From NCBI GenBank assembly GCA_029246845.1, contig JAQWMJ010000006.1:39273-103272 (forward strand): a DNA stretch of 64,000 nt. Direction: 5' to 3'. This DNA comes from Thermodesulfobacteriota bacterium. GTDB lineage: Bacteria > Desulfobacterota_D > UBA1144. Within the stretch, counting starts at the first letter, position 1, and every line of letters starts with the position of its first letter. The notes below the pieces were generated by a model, which worked only from the letters and a program-made list of their open reading frames with translations, was not told where the DNA came from and did no database searches. The translations under genes were made by a program, and so were the position numbers. Positions 49,500 to 59,327 of this stretch are shown here, piece after piece.

Positions 49500-50915
49500 T
49501 TGCAAGATAAGCACGTGGAAAATATAAACGAACATTTAGACTCAGACCTAGTGGACAAAAACGTCCTTGGTGCTATGGTTTTGGACAACATATCTCAAAA
49601 CTACCCTGGAATAAAACAGTTTTTTTCAACTATTAAACTGATAGAAGTAAATGATAAACAAGCCACTTTTATTGTCTCTGACGTTATGACTTCCGAGTGG
49701 ATCAACAATCACTACATGCACATTTTGGAAAAAGTTTTTTGGGAAGAGTCAGAGGAAGAGCTTGGATTTAAAAAAGTAGTTGTGAACTCTCAAGATGCTT
49801 ATAAATCCAGAAACTTAAAACCAAAAAAGAAAACATCTAACAGTAGGGGGCTTACACGTGTCCACGAGGGAACCTTAAACGGCAGGCAAAGCTTTAATAC
49901 TTTTGTAAAGGGTGCATCAAACACTCTTGCTGCCATTGCTGCCGAGAGGGTTGCCGACAAACCGGGAAAATCATACAACCCGCTCTTTATTTATGGTAGA
50001 ACTGGTTTGGGGAAAACTCATTTATTAAACGCGGTTGGAAACACAATTTATGATGAAAACAAAGACTTTAAAATTTGTTCTATTTCTGCGGAGCACTTTA
50101 CAAACAAAGTTATCAGCTCAATAAGGTCCGGGAAAACAAAAGAGCTTCGGGATTCTTTCAGGTTCGATTGCGATGTTCTTTTGATAGACGACATACAGTT
50201 TATAGCTGGAAAAGAGGGCACACAGCAGGAATTTTTTTATACTTTTAACGCTCTTTATGACGCGAACAAGCAGATAATTTTAACGAGCGACAGACCTCCC
50301 CATCAACTTTCTGGAATTCAAGAGCGCCTTGTAAGCAGGTTTGAGTGGGGCTTTTCTGTTGAGGTTTTACCCCCCGACGTAGAACACAGAGTAGCAATCC
50401 TACAAACAAAAGCCAAAGATATGGGCATAACAATTGACGAAGAGGTTTTATTTGTTGTGGCAGAAAAATCTGGGGGCTCTATTCGAGAGCTCGAAGGATT
50501 TTTTAACAACGTTGTTGGACAGGCCTCGATGTTAAGCGTTCCTCTTGATAAATCACTTGTGAACGACGTTTCTTCAAGGCTTTTATCAACAAAAAGTGTT
50601 GACTTGATAAATATAGATTTAATACAAAAAGAGGTTGCGGCTTTTTTTGGTATAAGCGTACAAGATCTTTGTTCTAAAAAGAGAACAAAGGGGGTTGTAA
50701 GACCAAGACAAATTGCAATATATTTATGTAGAATTTTTACTGACGAGTCTCTTCTTCAAATAGGTAGAGGTTTTGGTGGGAGGGATCATTCAACTGTCCT
50801 GCACTCTGTTGCCACCGTGGAAGATTTGTTAGCCAAAAACCCGTCTCAAGAAAATCCAATAAGAGTTTTACAAACAAAGCTGAGAAAAATCTCTGGTGGA
50901 AAACTCGAAGATTAA
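49500..50915 (+). CDS. dnaA: Chromosomal replication initiator DnaA
   Basis: YNPLFIYG..GLGKTHL, LLIDDIQF, RLVSRFEWG, RELEG and GGRDHSTVLH motifs. Confidence 0.98.
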   Translation: MQDKHVENINEHLDSDLVDKNVLGAMVLDNISQNYPGIKQFFSTIKLIEVNDKQATFIVSDVMTSEWINNHYMHILEKVFWEESEEELGFKKVVVNSQDAYKSRNLKPKKKTSNSRGLTRVHEGTLNGRQSFNTFVKGASNTLAAIAAERVADKPGKSYNPLFIYGRTGLGKTHLLNAVGNTIYDENKDFKICSISAEHFTNKVISSIRSGKTKELRDSFRFDCDVLLIDDIQFIAGKEGTQQEFFYTFNALYDANKQIILTSDRPPHQLSGIQERLVSRFEWGFSVEVLPPDVEHRVAILQTKAKDMGITIDEEVLFVVAEKSGGSIRELEGFFNNVVGQASMLSVPLDKSLVNDVSSRLLSTKSVDLINIDLIQKEVAAFFGISVQDLCSKKRTKGVVRPRQIAIYLCRIFTDESLLQIGRGFGGRDHSTVLHSVATVEDLLAKNPSQENPIRVLQTKLRKISGGKLED

Positions 50916-50939
50916 TGTTGAAAGGTTCTCTTTCTTTTT

Positions 50940-51065
50940 TTTCCCGTAGATTAGTGTTAATAGTTGTTGGTTGTTTTTGTATAACGACAAGGGGTTTGTG
51001 TGTGTTGTTAACATGTCCACACACCTACTACTACTGCTGTATATATAATATAATATATTATAATA
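50940..51065. other. Probable oriC unwinding region between dnaA and dnaN (degenerate DnaA boxes, DnaA-trios, AT-rich tract)
   Basis: Degenerate boxes TTGTTAACA/ATGTCCACA (51005-51021), then CTACTACTACTGCTG (51025-51039), then a pure A/T run (51040-51065). Confidence 0.75.
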
Positions 51066-51074
51066 GGAGAAGTA

Positions 51075-52172
51075 ATGAAGCTGTCTGTTGATAAGAAACT
51101 TTTTTATAAATATTTATCATATGTTCAAGGGGTAGTTGACACCAGGCCCAGCATGTTAATTTTGTCCCACATTCTTTTAGAGGCAAGAGAAGGAAAACTT
51201 TTTCTTAGTTCGACAGATCTAGAGTCTTCTGTTTACACCTCTTTTCCTGCAAACATCCTAGAAGAAGGAAGGGTTTGTTTGCCCGCCAAAAAACTCTTGG
51301 AGATAGTTGAGAAAACCCCAGACGGAGAGGTACAAATAAGGCGTATCAACGAAGACCAAGTAGAGATTGATTATAAAAAAGGAAAAACAAAAATTAAAAC
51401 ACAAAACCCCGACGACTTTCCACAAATACCAAAGCCAGATGATTTTGTATATAGGGCAATTAAAAGTGAAAAACTAGACAACCTAATAAAAAAGACCGTC
51501 TATTGTGTCGGCAGTGATGACTTAAGAAAAAACTTAACGGGGATCTTTTTTGACATGACACAGAATGGTAAAATAAGGCTTGTTTCAACAGACGGCCACC
51601 GAATGAGCCTAGCGGAGGAAGACATAGAAAACAACATAGTTGAATCTTTCACTTTACCTAAAAGGGCATCTATAGAAATAAGAAAATTCATTAAAGACAG
51701 CGAAGTGGTAAACATCGGGGTTGGAAAAAATTTTTTTATATGTGACGATGGCCAGACATCTCTTTTGGCTAGACTAGTTGATGTTAAATTTCCAGACTAC
51801 AAACAAGTCCTGCCCTCTAGTTTTAACAACACAATAACAATAGAGAAAAAGGAGATAACAGACGCCCTACAGAGAGCGGCAGTTGTTTTGCAAGAAAAAA
51901 GTAAAGGCGTAAAGATATATATTGGAGAAAACAAAATAGAAATTAGGGCAACCTCAGAGGAGGGCGAAACAATAGAAGAAATAGCCATAGACAAACTTAC
52001 AGAGCCACTTGACGTCGGCTTCAATGTTAAATACCTAATTGATGCTCTTGGCACATATGATAACAACGAAATATGTTTTTCTGTTGGAGACGAAGTCAGC
52101 CCCGCTTGTATTTTCGCATCCGAAAAGGATCGCTATAAACAACTATCAGTTGTGATGCCAATGAGGGTTTAA
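51075..52172 (+). CDS. dnaN: DNA polymerase III beta clamp
   Basis: STDLE, STDGHR, FPDY, GFNVKYL and VVMPMR motifs; follows dnaA. Confidence 0.97.
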   Translation: MKLSVDKKLFYKYLSYVQGVVDTRPSMLILSHILLEAREGKLFLSSTDLESSVYTSFPANILEEGRVCLPAKKLLEIVEKTPDGEVQIRRINEDQVEIDYKKGKTKIKTQNPDDFPQIPKPDDFVYRAIKSEKLDNLIKKTVYCVGSDDLRKNLTGIFFDMTQNGKIRLVSTDGHRMSLAEEDIENNIVESFTLPKRASIEIRKFIKDSEVVNIGVGKNFFICDDGQTSLLARLVDVKFPDYKQVLPSSFNNTITIEKKEITDALQRAAVVLQEKSKGVKIYIGENKIEIRATSEEGETIEEIAIDKLTEPLDVGFNVKYLIDALGTYDNNEICFSVGDEVSPACIFASEKDRYKQLSVVMPMRV

Positions 52173-52173
52173 A

Positions 52174-53244
52174 ATGAAAAAAGAAAAAAAACAACAATTA
52201 AAAAAAATTAGAGATAAAATAGACAATATAGATGAAAAAATTTTATCACTTTTAAACCAGAGGGCAGAACAAGCAAAAAAAACAACCAAGCTGAAAACAG
52301 ATAGTGTCTATGACCCCAAAAGGGAAAAAGAGGTTTTGGGCAAACTTGCTAGAAAAAAATCCAAGACCCTTTCCTCGCTCGCAGTAAAACAGGTTTACGG
52401 AGAAATATTGTCAGTATGTAGAGAGGTTCAGGCACCCATTCAGGTTTCTTTTTTAGGTCCTGAGGGAAGCAATACTGATGAAGTTGCTAAAAAACAGTTT
52501 GGAAGCAGCGCATCGTTTTTTTCACAGTCAACAATTTCAGACGTTCTGGCTGCTGTTGAAAATGAAGACTCACAATATGGAATAGTTCCACTCGAAAATA
52601 CAATAGAGGGACCCGTAGTTGAAACCCTTGATGGGCTAGTGGAAAAAAACGTCTCAATAGTTTCGCAAGTACAACTAAAAATTTCTCATTATTTAATGTC
52701 ACAAGAAAAAAATGTTAAAAACATATCTAAGGTTTATTCTCACCCCCAAGCTTTGGCCCAATGTAAAAAGTATCTTAAGAAAACTTTACCAAACGCTGAT
52801 TTAATAGAAACCCAAAGTACAGCAAGGGCCGCTCAGATTGCAGGGGGCAAGAAAAAGATAGCAGCAGTTGCACCTAGACCCTGTTCCTTGCTTTATTCTT
52901 TAAATATAATAGACAAAAATATTCAAGACAATGCATCAAACAGAACAATGTTCGCTTTAGTAGAAAAGAAAACAGTTGAGCCCGCTGTTTTAAAAGACAG
53001 TAAGGTTTCGGTTGCCTTTTCATTGGATCATAAGCCTGGAAGCTTACACGAATGTCTCAAATCTTTTAGAGCTTATAATATTAACTTAACAAAAATCCAA
53101 TCACGCCCATCTAAAAAAAATGATTGGGAGTATTTGTTTTTCATTGATTTTGTAGTGGAAAAAAATTTAAAAGAAGCGGAAAAGTGCCTTAAAACACTTA
53201 GAGGAGCTACACCATTTCTAAAAATTTTAGGAGTTTTTACTTGA
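52174..53244 (+). CDS. pheA: Chorismate mutase / prephenate dehydratase
   Basis: R..ID.ID..I..LL..R, FLGPEGS, PLENTIEG, SHPQALAQC and NLTKIQSRP motifs. Confidence 0.95.
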   Translation: MKKEKKQQLKKIRDKIDNIDEKILSLLNQRAEQAKKTTKLKTDSVYDPKREKEVLGKLARKKSKTLSSLAVKQVYGEILSVCREVQAPIQVSFLGPEGSNTDEVAKKQFGSSASFFSQSTISDVLAAVENEDSQYGIVPLENTIEGPVVETLDGLVEKNVSIVSQVQLKISHYLMSQEKNVKNISKVYSHPQALAQCKKYLKKTLPNADLIETQSTARAAQIAGGKKKIAAVAPRPCSLLYSLNIIDKNIQDNASNRTMFALVEKKTVEPAVLKDSKVSVAFSLDHKPGSLHECLKSFRAYNINLTKIQSRPSKKNDWEYLFFIDFVVEKNLKEAEKCLKTLRGATPFLKILGVFT

Positions 53245-54323
53245 AAGTAAAAGGCACCGTTAGGACAAGCTCCCTACCAACCTATAAGCCAGGAAAATCA
53301 ATAGAAGAGCTTCAGCGGGAGTTGGGGTTTAAAAGTGCCATTAAACTTGCATCTAATGAAAACCCGTTGGGTCCTTCGGCTTTAGTTATAGAGAAAATAA
53401 AGGAAGCAGCTTCTACGGTTCACGTTTACCCGGACGGTGATTGCCATGTTTTAAAAAAAAAGATTTCATTTAAAGAGGAAATACTTCCCAACCAAATTGT
53501 TTTAGGCAACGGCTCAAATGAAGTGCTTGAGTTAATTGCCCACACATTTTTGGAGAAGGATGATGAGGCAATCATGGGCGAGTTTTGTTTTATCGTTTAT
53601 CCAATAGTGACACAATTAAGTGAAGCCAATATAGTTCGGGTTCCAATGAAAAATTTGGCACTCAGTCTAAATGATGTACTCAGCAGCATTACCCAACGAA
53701 CAAAAGTAATTTTTATAGCTAATCCAAACAACCCCACTGGAAGCCGATCAACCAAAAAAGAAATGGAAGTTTTTTTAAACCAAACTCCATCAAACATTCT
53801 TGTTGTAATTGATGAAGCTTATGCAGAATACATGTCTGGAGAGAACTTAAACGTTTCTAGGCTCATAGAAAAGCATGAAAATTTAATAATACTAAAGACG
53901 TTTTCAAAAGCTTACGGACTAGCTGGGCTAAGAGTGGGATATGGGATGGGAGATTCCACCCTCATTTCCCTATTAAATAAACCAAGAGAGCCCTTTAATG
54001 TTAATCAACTGGCCCAAGTTGCCGCTGCCGCGGCGCTCGAGGACAATAAACACGTAGACAAATCCATAGAGTTGAACAAAAAAGGCATGAGTTTTTTAAA
54101 ATCAGAGTTTACAAAAATGAACATTAAGGCCCATCCTTCATATGCCAACTTTGTTTTGATAGAATTTAAATCAGAGGCAAGAATAGTTTATGAAGAACTA
54201 TTAAAACGAGGGATAATAACGAGGCCACTTGAAAATTATGGTTTACATAATCATTTAAGAATAACAGTGGGACTTGAGAGTGAGAATGTTAAGCTTGTTA
54301 GCGCATTAAAAGAAATTGTATAA
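53241..54323 (+). CDS. hisC: Histidinol-phosphate aminotransferase
   Basis: YKPGK, KLASNENPLG, NPNNPTG, DEAY and TFSKAYGLAGLRVGY motifs. Confidence 0.95.
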   Translation: MKVKGTVRTSSLPTYKPGKSIEELQRELGFKSAIKLASNENPLGPSALVIEKIKEAASTVHVYPDGDCHVLKKKISFKEEILPNQIVLGNGSNEVLELIAHTFLEKDDEAIMGEFCFIVYPIVTQLSEANIVRVPMKNLALSLNDVLSSITQRTKVIFIANPNNPTGSRSTKKEMEVFLNQTPSNILVVIDEAYAEYMSGENLNVSRLIEKHENLIILKTFSKAYGLAGLRVGYGMGDSTLISLLNKPREPFNVNQLAQVAAAAALEDNKHVDKSIELNKKGMSFLKSEFTKMNIKAHPSYANFVLIEFKSEARIVYEELLKRGIITRPLENYGLHNHLRITVGLESENVKLVSALKEIV

Positions 54324-54324
54324 A

Positions 54325-55161
54325 ATGAAAAAAATATTAAACATAACTATTATAGGCCTGGGTCACATAGGGGGGTCTCTCGCCTCTTCTCTTAAAAATA
54401 CTCATGGACGAAAAGTTAGTATTACAGGAATAGATAATAGCCCGTCTGTTATAAGGCAGGCGCTTAAGTCAGGCTTCTTTTCTGAAGTTTCAACACTCGG
54501 AAAAAGTAAAACCATCGATGAAAGTAATGTGATTTTTGTTTCAGTCAGTATTCGCAGCATCCCACTTATATTTTCAGAATTAATAAAAATTAATTTCAAA
54601 CATAATATTGTAATTACTGATGTTGGTAGCGTTAAAGAAGAAATTTTTAACTCAGCGGCCAAAATACTTCCCAAGAAATTTGAATTTGTAGGCGGCCACC
54701 CAATTGCTGGAACAGAAAAGACTGGATTTAAAAACCTTGTTTCAGGGCTGTTTGAAAATAAACCAGTATTTATATCTGGTATAAGGGCAAAAGAGGAGTC
54801 TGTTAGGTTGATTAAAAGTCTTTGGAGATCCCTAGGATGTTTGGTTTACTCTATTCCGCCTAGCGAACATGACAAAATATTTGGTCATCTCAGCCATCTG
54901 CCCCACGTTCTAGCGTTTGGCTTAAAGAATATTGCCAACAAGAAACTTACTTCTCGTGAAATACTTAAATATGGTGGGACCAGTTACAAAGATTACAGCA
55001 GAATATCTGAAAGTTCCGAGGCACTTTGGTCAGAAATTTTCTTATCTAATAGAAAGAATTTAATTAAAGGAATTAAAGAGTTTAGAGTCTATTTGGACAA
55101 GCTAGAAAGTTTATTGGAATCAAATTCCAAGGAAAAGACAGAAAAACATCTAAAATCATAA
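54325..55161 (+). CDS. tyrA: Prephenate/arogenate dehydrogenase
   Basis: GLG.IGGSLA, TDVGSVK, GGHPIAG.E and HD......SHLPH motifs. Confidence 0.92.
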   Translation: MKKILNITIIGLGHIGGSLASSLKNTHGRKVSITGIDNSPSVIRQALKSGFFSEVSTLGKSKTIDESNVIFVSVSIRSIPLIFSELIKINFKHNIVITDVGSVKEEIFNSAAKILPKKFEFVGGHPIAGTEKTGFKNLVSGLFENKPVFISGIRAKEESVRLIKSLWRSLGCLVYSIPPSEHDKIFGHLSHLPHVLAFGLKNIANKKLTSREILKYGGTSYKDYSRISESSEALWSEIFLSNRKNLIKGIKEFRVYLDKLESLLESNSKEKTEKHLKS

Positions 55162-55223
55162 ATCTAAACCTTGATTTTTAACACTAACAACTTAATATTA
55201 TTAATCATCCCCGTGGAGTTTAT

Positions 55224-57293
55224 ATGAAGCCTATTGTTCTGAGCTTATTAGTGTTGTTTGCAGTCGCATTTTTTCTAAGAAATGTATTCGGATTCCTAAA
55301 GATAATGTTTAAGGCTAAAAGGCCCTCCTTTCGGACTGATCAAATTTTTGAACGTGTTAAAGGATTGATAATTTATGTTTTTGGACAGAAAAGAATATTA
55401 AAAAACTATACTTGGGCGGGCATAGAGCACTTTATGCTTTTTTGGGGTTTTATGATTATAACCATAGGCTCTCTCGAGCTCGTGGTTCTTGGTTTTGTTC
55501 CTGGGTTTGAAGCCTTTGGCTTCTTGGGTGGAGAAGCACAAGAAATGTTTTTATTAACCCTAGACATAGTGCAATCCCTTGTCATTGTTGCCTTGGTTAT
55601 GGGCGTCCTAAATAGGACTGTTATCCCAAGTGGCAAAAGAAGAGAAGTAAACAGTATTGATGCTGTTGTTATTTTGGGAATGATTTTTGGTCTAATGGTT
55701 ACAGATTTTGGTTTTCGCGCCTCTAAGATTGCGCTAGGAACCGAGCCCGCTTCATGGTTGCCAGTTTCATCAATGTGGGCGACATTTTTTTTAAGCAATG
55801 TTGACGTAGCAACTGCAGCCTTTTCTACTGAGTTTTTTTATTGGATACACGTTTGCTTGCTTTTTGCTTTCTTAAATTATTTACCATATTCAAAACACAG
55901 CCATGTCCTTACAGTTATTCCTAATATTTTTTTTCAAAACCTAGAACCTAGAGGTAAAATGACCAAAATTGATTTTGAAGATATTCCTGATGATTTTGAG
56001 CATTTTGGAACTGGCAAATTTGAAGACTTCAGTTGGAAGGACGTTTTAGATGCATACACTTGTACCGAGTGTGGCAGATGTACCGACAACTGTCCTGCTT
56101 GGGGAACGGAAAAGCCACTTTCTCCCAGAGACATCGTTATTAAGCTTAGGCATTTTGTAACTGAAAACAATGATAAAGATGAGATGAACACCGAATACTT
56201 ACCTAGTGAAGGATGGGTCACCGAAGAAGAACTTTATGCCTGTACCACATGTAGCGCGTGCGTAGAAGTTTGCCCACTCTTTATCGACCAGATGGGAAAA
56301 ATTGTAGAGATGAGAAGATTCCTAACTATGGAAGGAAAAATGAAAGGAACTGCTGTCAGAACGCTTCAGAAGCTTGGAAGTCACGGGAACCCTTGGGGGT
56401 TTGATCCAAAAGATCGAGCACCTTGGACAAAAGAAGAAGAAGTCCCTGTTCTTGGTAATGGGGGAGGAGATACTGCAGAAGATTATGAAGTTGTTTATTG
56501 GACTGGATGCTTTGGGGCATTTGACCCTAGAGGCCAAGAGGTAGCTGCAACAATATCCAGGCTTTTAAAAGAAGCTGGGGTTAAGTTTGCCGTTATGGGA
56601 CCCAATGAAACTTGTACGGGCGACCCGGCAAGACGTTTAGGCGAAGAGGCCTTGTTCCAAGAGCTTGCTATGACAAACATTGAAACTATGAACCGATTCA
56701 GTGTAAAAAAAATTATAGCAAACTGTCCACATTGTTTTAACTCAATTAAAAATGAATATCCAGATTTTGGTTCAGAAGTTGAGGTGGTTACACATAGTGA
56801 ATTTCTAACCAGCCTTATTAAAGAAGGAAAGCTAAAGCCAGTAAAAAATTTAGATGAAGAGATTACCTATCATGATCCATGTTACCTTGGAAGACATAAT
56901 AGGGTTTTTGATGAACCAAGAGAAATATTGTCGGCCATTCCAGGTTTAGAGCTTAAGGAACTTGAAAGATCTAGAGAGACTAGCTTCTGTTGCGGAGCTG
57001 GCGGTGGAAAAATTTGGATGGAAGAAGAAGCTCCAAGAGTTAACTGGAACAGGTTTGAAGAGATAGAGGCAAGCGGCGTCGAAACCGTTGCAGCTGCATG
57101 CCCATTTTGTAATGTAATGTTTGAAGACGCTGCAAAATATGTTGGGAACGATAGTATAAAAATTAAAGACATTGCTGAGCTGCTAGAAGATTCTCTTGAT
57201 TTACCTCTAAAGAACTCTAATTTTGACAAACTTGCTAAGGACACTGGAGACAAAGAACAACCAAAAGAAAATGACGACTCACCTCAAGTCTAG
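55224..57293 (+). CDS. Membrane-anchored Fe-S oxidoreductase, FadF/HdrD-like (CCG domains)
   Basis: N-terminal TM helices, two [4Fe-4S] motifs (CTECGRCTDNCP, CTTCSACVEVCP), and CPHC, YHDPCYLGR and CCGAGGG motifs. Confidence 0.9.
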   Translation: MKPIVLSLLVLFAVAFFLRNVFGFLKIMFKAKRPSFRTDQIFERVKGLIIYVFGQKRILKNYTWAGIEHFMLFWGFMIITIGSLELVVLGFVPGFEAFGFLGGEAQEMFLLTLDIVQSLVIVALVMGVLNRTVIPSGKRREVNSIDAVVILGMIFGLMVTDFGFRASKIALGTEPASWLPVSSMWATFFLSNVDVATAAFSTEFFYWIHVCLLFAFLNYLPYSKHSHVLTVIPNIFFQNLEPRGKMTKIDFEDIPDDFEHFGTGKFEDFSWKDVLDAYTCTECGRCTDNCPAWGTEKPLSPRDIVIKLRHFVTENNDKDEMNTEYLPSEGWVTEEELYACTTCSACVEVCPLFIDQMGKIVEMRRFLTMEGKMKGTAVRTLQKLGSHGNPWGFDPKDRAPWTKEEEVPVLGNGGGDTAEDYEVVYWTGCFGAFDPRGQEVAATISRLLKEAGVKFAVMGPNETCTGDPARRLGEEALFQELAMTNIETMNRFSVKKIIANCPHCFNSIKNEYPDFGSEVEVVTHSEFLTSLIKEGKLKPVKNLDEEITYHDPCYLGRHNRVFDEPREILSAIPGLELKELERSRETSFCCGAGGGKIWMEEEAPRVNWNRFEEIEASGVETVAAACPFCNVMFEDAAKYVGNDSIKIKDIAELLEDSLDLPLKNSNFDKLAKDTGDKEQPKENDDSPQV

Positions 57294-58398
57294 AAATACA
57301 AGCTGGAGCCTTAAGGGCACAAAAAGCAAAAATATTTTTTTCTCCAAACCCATGTTGGTTGTTTTTGAAGACAACCATGGTAAAACTTTTATTCTTAAAG
57401 ATGGCATAAAGAAAAAGTCCAATTTGAGTTTGCTGAAAATAATAGACAACCAATTGAAAAAAGGTTTTTATGCTTGTGGATATTTCTCTTATGAATATAG
57501 TCAAAAAAACTTAGAAGGGTCTAAATATAAAGCAATTTTTAACATCTACAAAGACACTTCGACCGCACTTCCTAGTCCAAAGATCACAATACAAGACAAG
57601 CTAAAACTTAAAAAAATTACATCAGACAACCTATTTACCTCGGGAGTCAGAAAAGCTAGACGATACATTAAAGAGGGTGATATTTATCAAATTAACTTGA
57701 GCAGAGAGTTTACGTTAGGACAAGTAATAAACCCATATAGACTTTTCTTGAATTACTACAATGCACAGCCTGTAGAGTACGGAGCTTTCTTTGGTTTTCA
57801 CGACCATTCCCTAATTAGTGGTTCAATGGAGCTCTTTATTCAGAAAAAAAGAGGAAACATAACTACTAAACCAATTAAGGGTACAGCCCCGCTTGACTCA
57901 GTAGAAGACAAAAATTTGAAACAAAATTTAAAAGAAATTTCCGAGAATTTGATGATTGTTGATTTAATGAGAAATGATTTATCTCAGATATGTGAACCTG
58001 GTACAGTGAAAACAAAAAAGCTTTTTAAGAAAAAATCATATTCGACCCTTGTTCAGCTTGAATCTGAAATCAGAGGAGTTTTAAAAAAAAATATTAACAA
58101 TGAAAAAATATTTAATAGTTTAATGCCCCCTGGTTCAGTAACAGGTACGCCGAAGTCGAGAGCAAAACAAATAATTAATGAAATCGAAAAACACAAAAGA
58201 GGTCCCTACTGTGGAGCAGTGGGTTTTTTTGAGCCCTCAGGAGATTTTTGCTTTTCTGTTGGCATAAGGGTTGCTATAATAGAAAAGACAACATCAAGGT
58301 TTTTTACAGGCGCAGGAATAGTTTGGGACTCAAAAGTGGTTAAAGAAAACGCGGAAACTATTTTAAAGTCTAGAGCATTGAAAGAGTCGATAAAATAA
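57271..58398 (+). CDS. pabB: Aminodeoxychorismate synthase component I (short)
   Basis: GDIYQINLS, S.ELF, TKPIKGT, ENLMIVDL.RNDL, GSVTGTPK and RGPYCGA motifs; next to pabC. Confidence 0.85.
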   Translation: MTTHLKSRNTSWSLKGTKSKNIFFSKPMLVVFEDNHGKTFILKDGIKKKSNLSLLKIIDNQLKKGFYACGYFSYEYSQKNLEGSKYKAIFNIYKDTSTALPSPKITIQDKLKLKKITSDNLFTSGVRKARRYIKEGDIYQINLSREFTLGQVINPYRLFLNYYNAQPVEYGAFFGFHDHSLISGSMELFIQKKRGNITTKPIKGTAPLDSVEDKNLKQNLKEISENLMIVDLMRNDLSQICEPGTVKTKKLFKKKSYSTLVQLESEIRGVLKKNINNEKIFNSLMPPGSVTGTPKSRAKQIINEIEKHKRGPYCGAVGFFEPSGDFCFSVGIRVAIIEKTTSRFFTGAGIVWDSKVVKENAETILKSRALKESIK

Positions 58399-58399
58399 A

Positions 58400-59239
58400 A
58401 TGAAAGAGTTTTTATATTTTGATAAAAAAGTTAAAAGCCCCCTGGACTTTAACAGGACTTTAATGTTTGGCGAAGGAGCTTTTGAAACTTTTAGATATAA
58501 GCAAAAAATGCCTGTTCATATTTTAAAGCATATTGAAAGACTGAAAAAGACAAGCGATTTTCTTGGGATTAACTTTCCAGGGGACTTTTATATAGAGACT
58601 GTTGTTGACAAGATTGTCCAAGAGCACAAATCAGACCATTTTAACAATATTATAAAAGATTTAATAGTTAAGGTAGCACTCTTTAGTTCGGGGGGCGCCT
58701 CATATGCAGATGACTCCGAAAGCACTATGTTGTGTGTATCAATCAAGGAAGAAGACCATAAAGTAAATGAACCAATTTCCCTGGGGTTAGGTAAATCACA
58801 CCTAAGCTCATCTGATATTTTTAATTCTCATAAGATAACAAATTACCTTTTATCCGCCAAAGAAAAAAAACTAGCCAAAAAAAATGATTTTGATGATGCT
58901 TTAATAATTAATGAGAAAAATATGGTCGTTGAAACAACTTCGGGAAACTTTTTTTGGATTAAGGGTACGAATGTTTTTACACCTTCCCTTGAAACAGGTG
59001 CTTTAGATGGAATTACAAGAAGCCTTGTTTTAGAAGTATGTAAACAAAACAAAATAAGGGTTATAGAAGGGGAGTTTGAGCCTGGGTCAATAATTTTTCC
59101 TGAGGCTATGTTTGTAACAAACTCTGCTCGAGGCATTATAGAAGTTGTAAACTTAAATAATACCACTCAACCTACAAGGACAAAAAAACTATTTCCAATA
59201 ATAAGGACCGAAGTTCTTGAGATGCTTGATTGGGCTTAA
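58400..59239 (+). CDS. pabC: Class IV aminotransferase / 4-amino-4-deoxychorismate lyase
   Basis: FGEG.FET, H..RL, HK..NY, E.TSGN.F, LDGITR and FVTNS motifs. Confidence 0.82.
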   Translation: MKEFLYFDKKVKSPLDFNRTLMFGEGAFETFRYKQKMPVHILKHIERLKKTSDFLGINFPGDFYIETVVDKIVQEHKSDHFNNIIKDLIVKVALFSSGGASYADDSESTMLCVSIKEEDHKVNEPISLGLGKSHLSSSDIFNSHKITNYLLSAKEKKLAKKNDFDDALIINEKNMVVETTSGNFFWIKGTNVFTPSLETGALDGITRSLVLEVCKQNKIRVIEGEFEPGSIIFPEAMFVTNSARGIIEVVNLNNTTQPTRTKKLFPIIRTEVLEMLDWA

Positions 59240-59327
59240 TGTTGCCTTTTTTGTTATTTCAATTTACAATTTTCTTTCTATTGTTAGATTTATTTAATTA
59301 ATTAAGAAAAAGATGAGGTGTTAATTT

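Noticed and set aside
49397..49591. 64-aa minus-strand ORF over the dnaA upstream region (and 50737-51024)
   Set aside because: They run across DnaA boxes and dnaA itself, are not rpmH, and show no coding signature.
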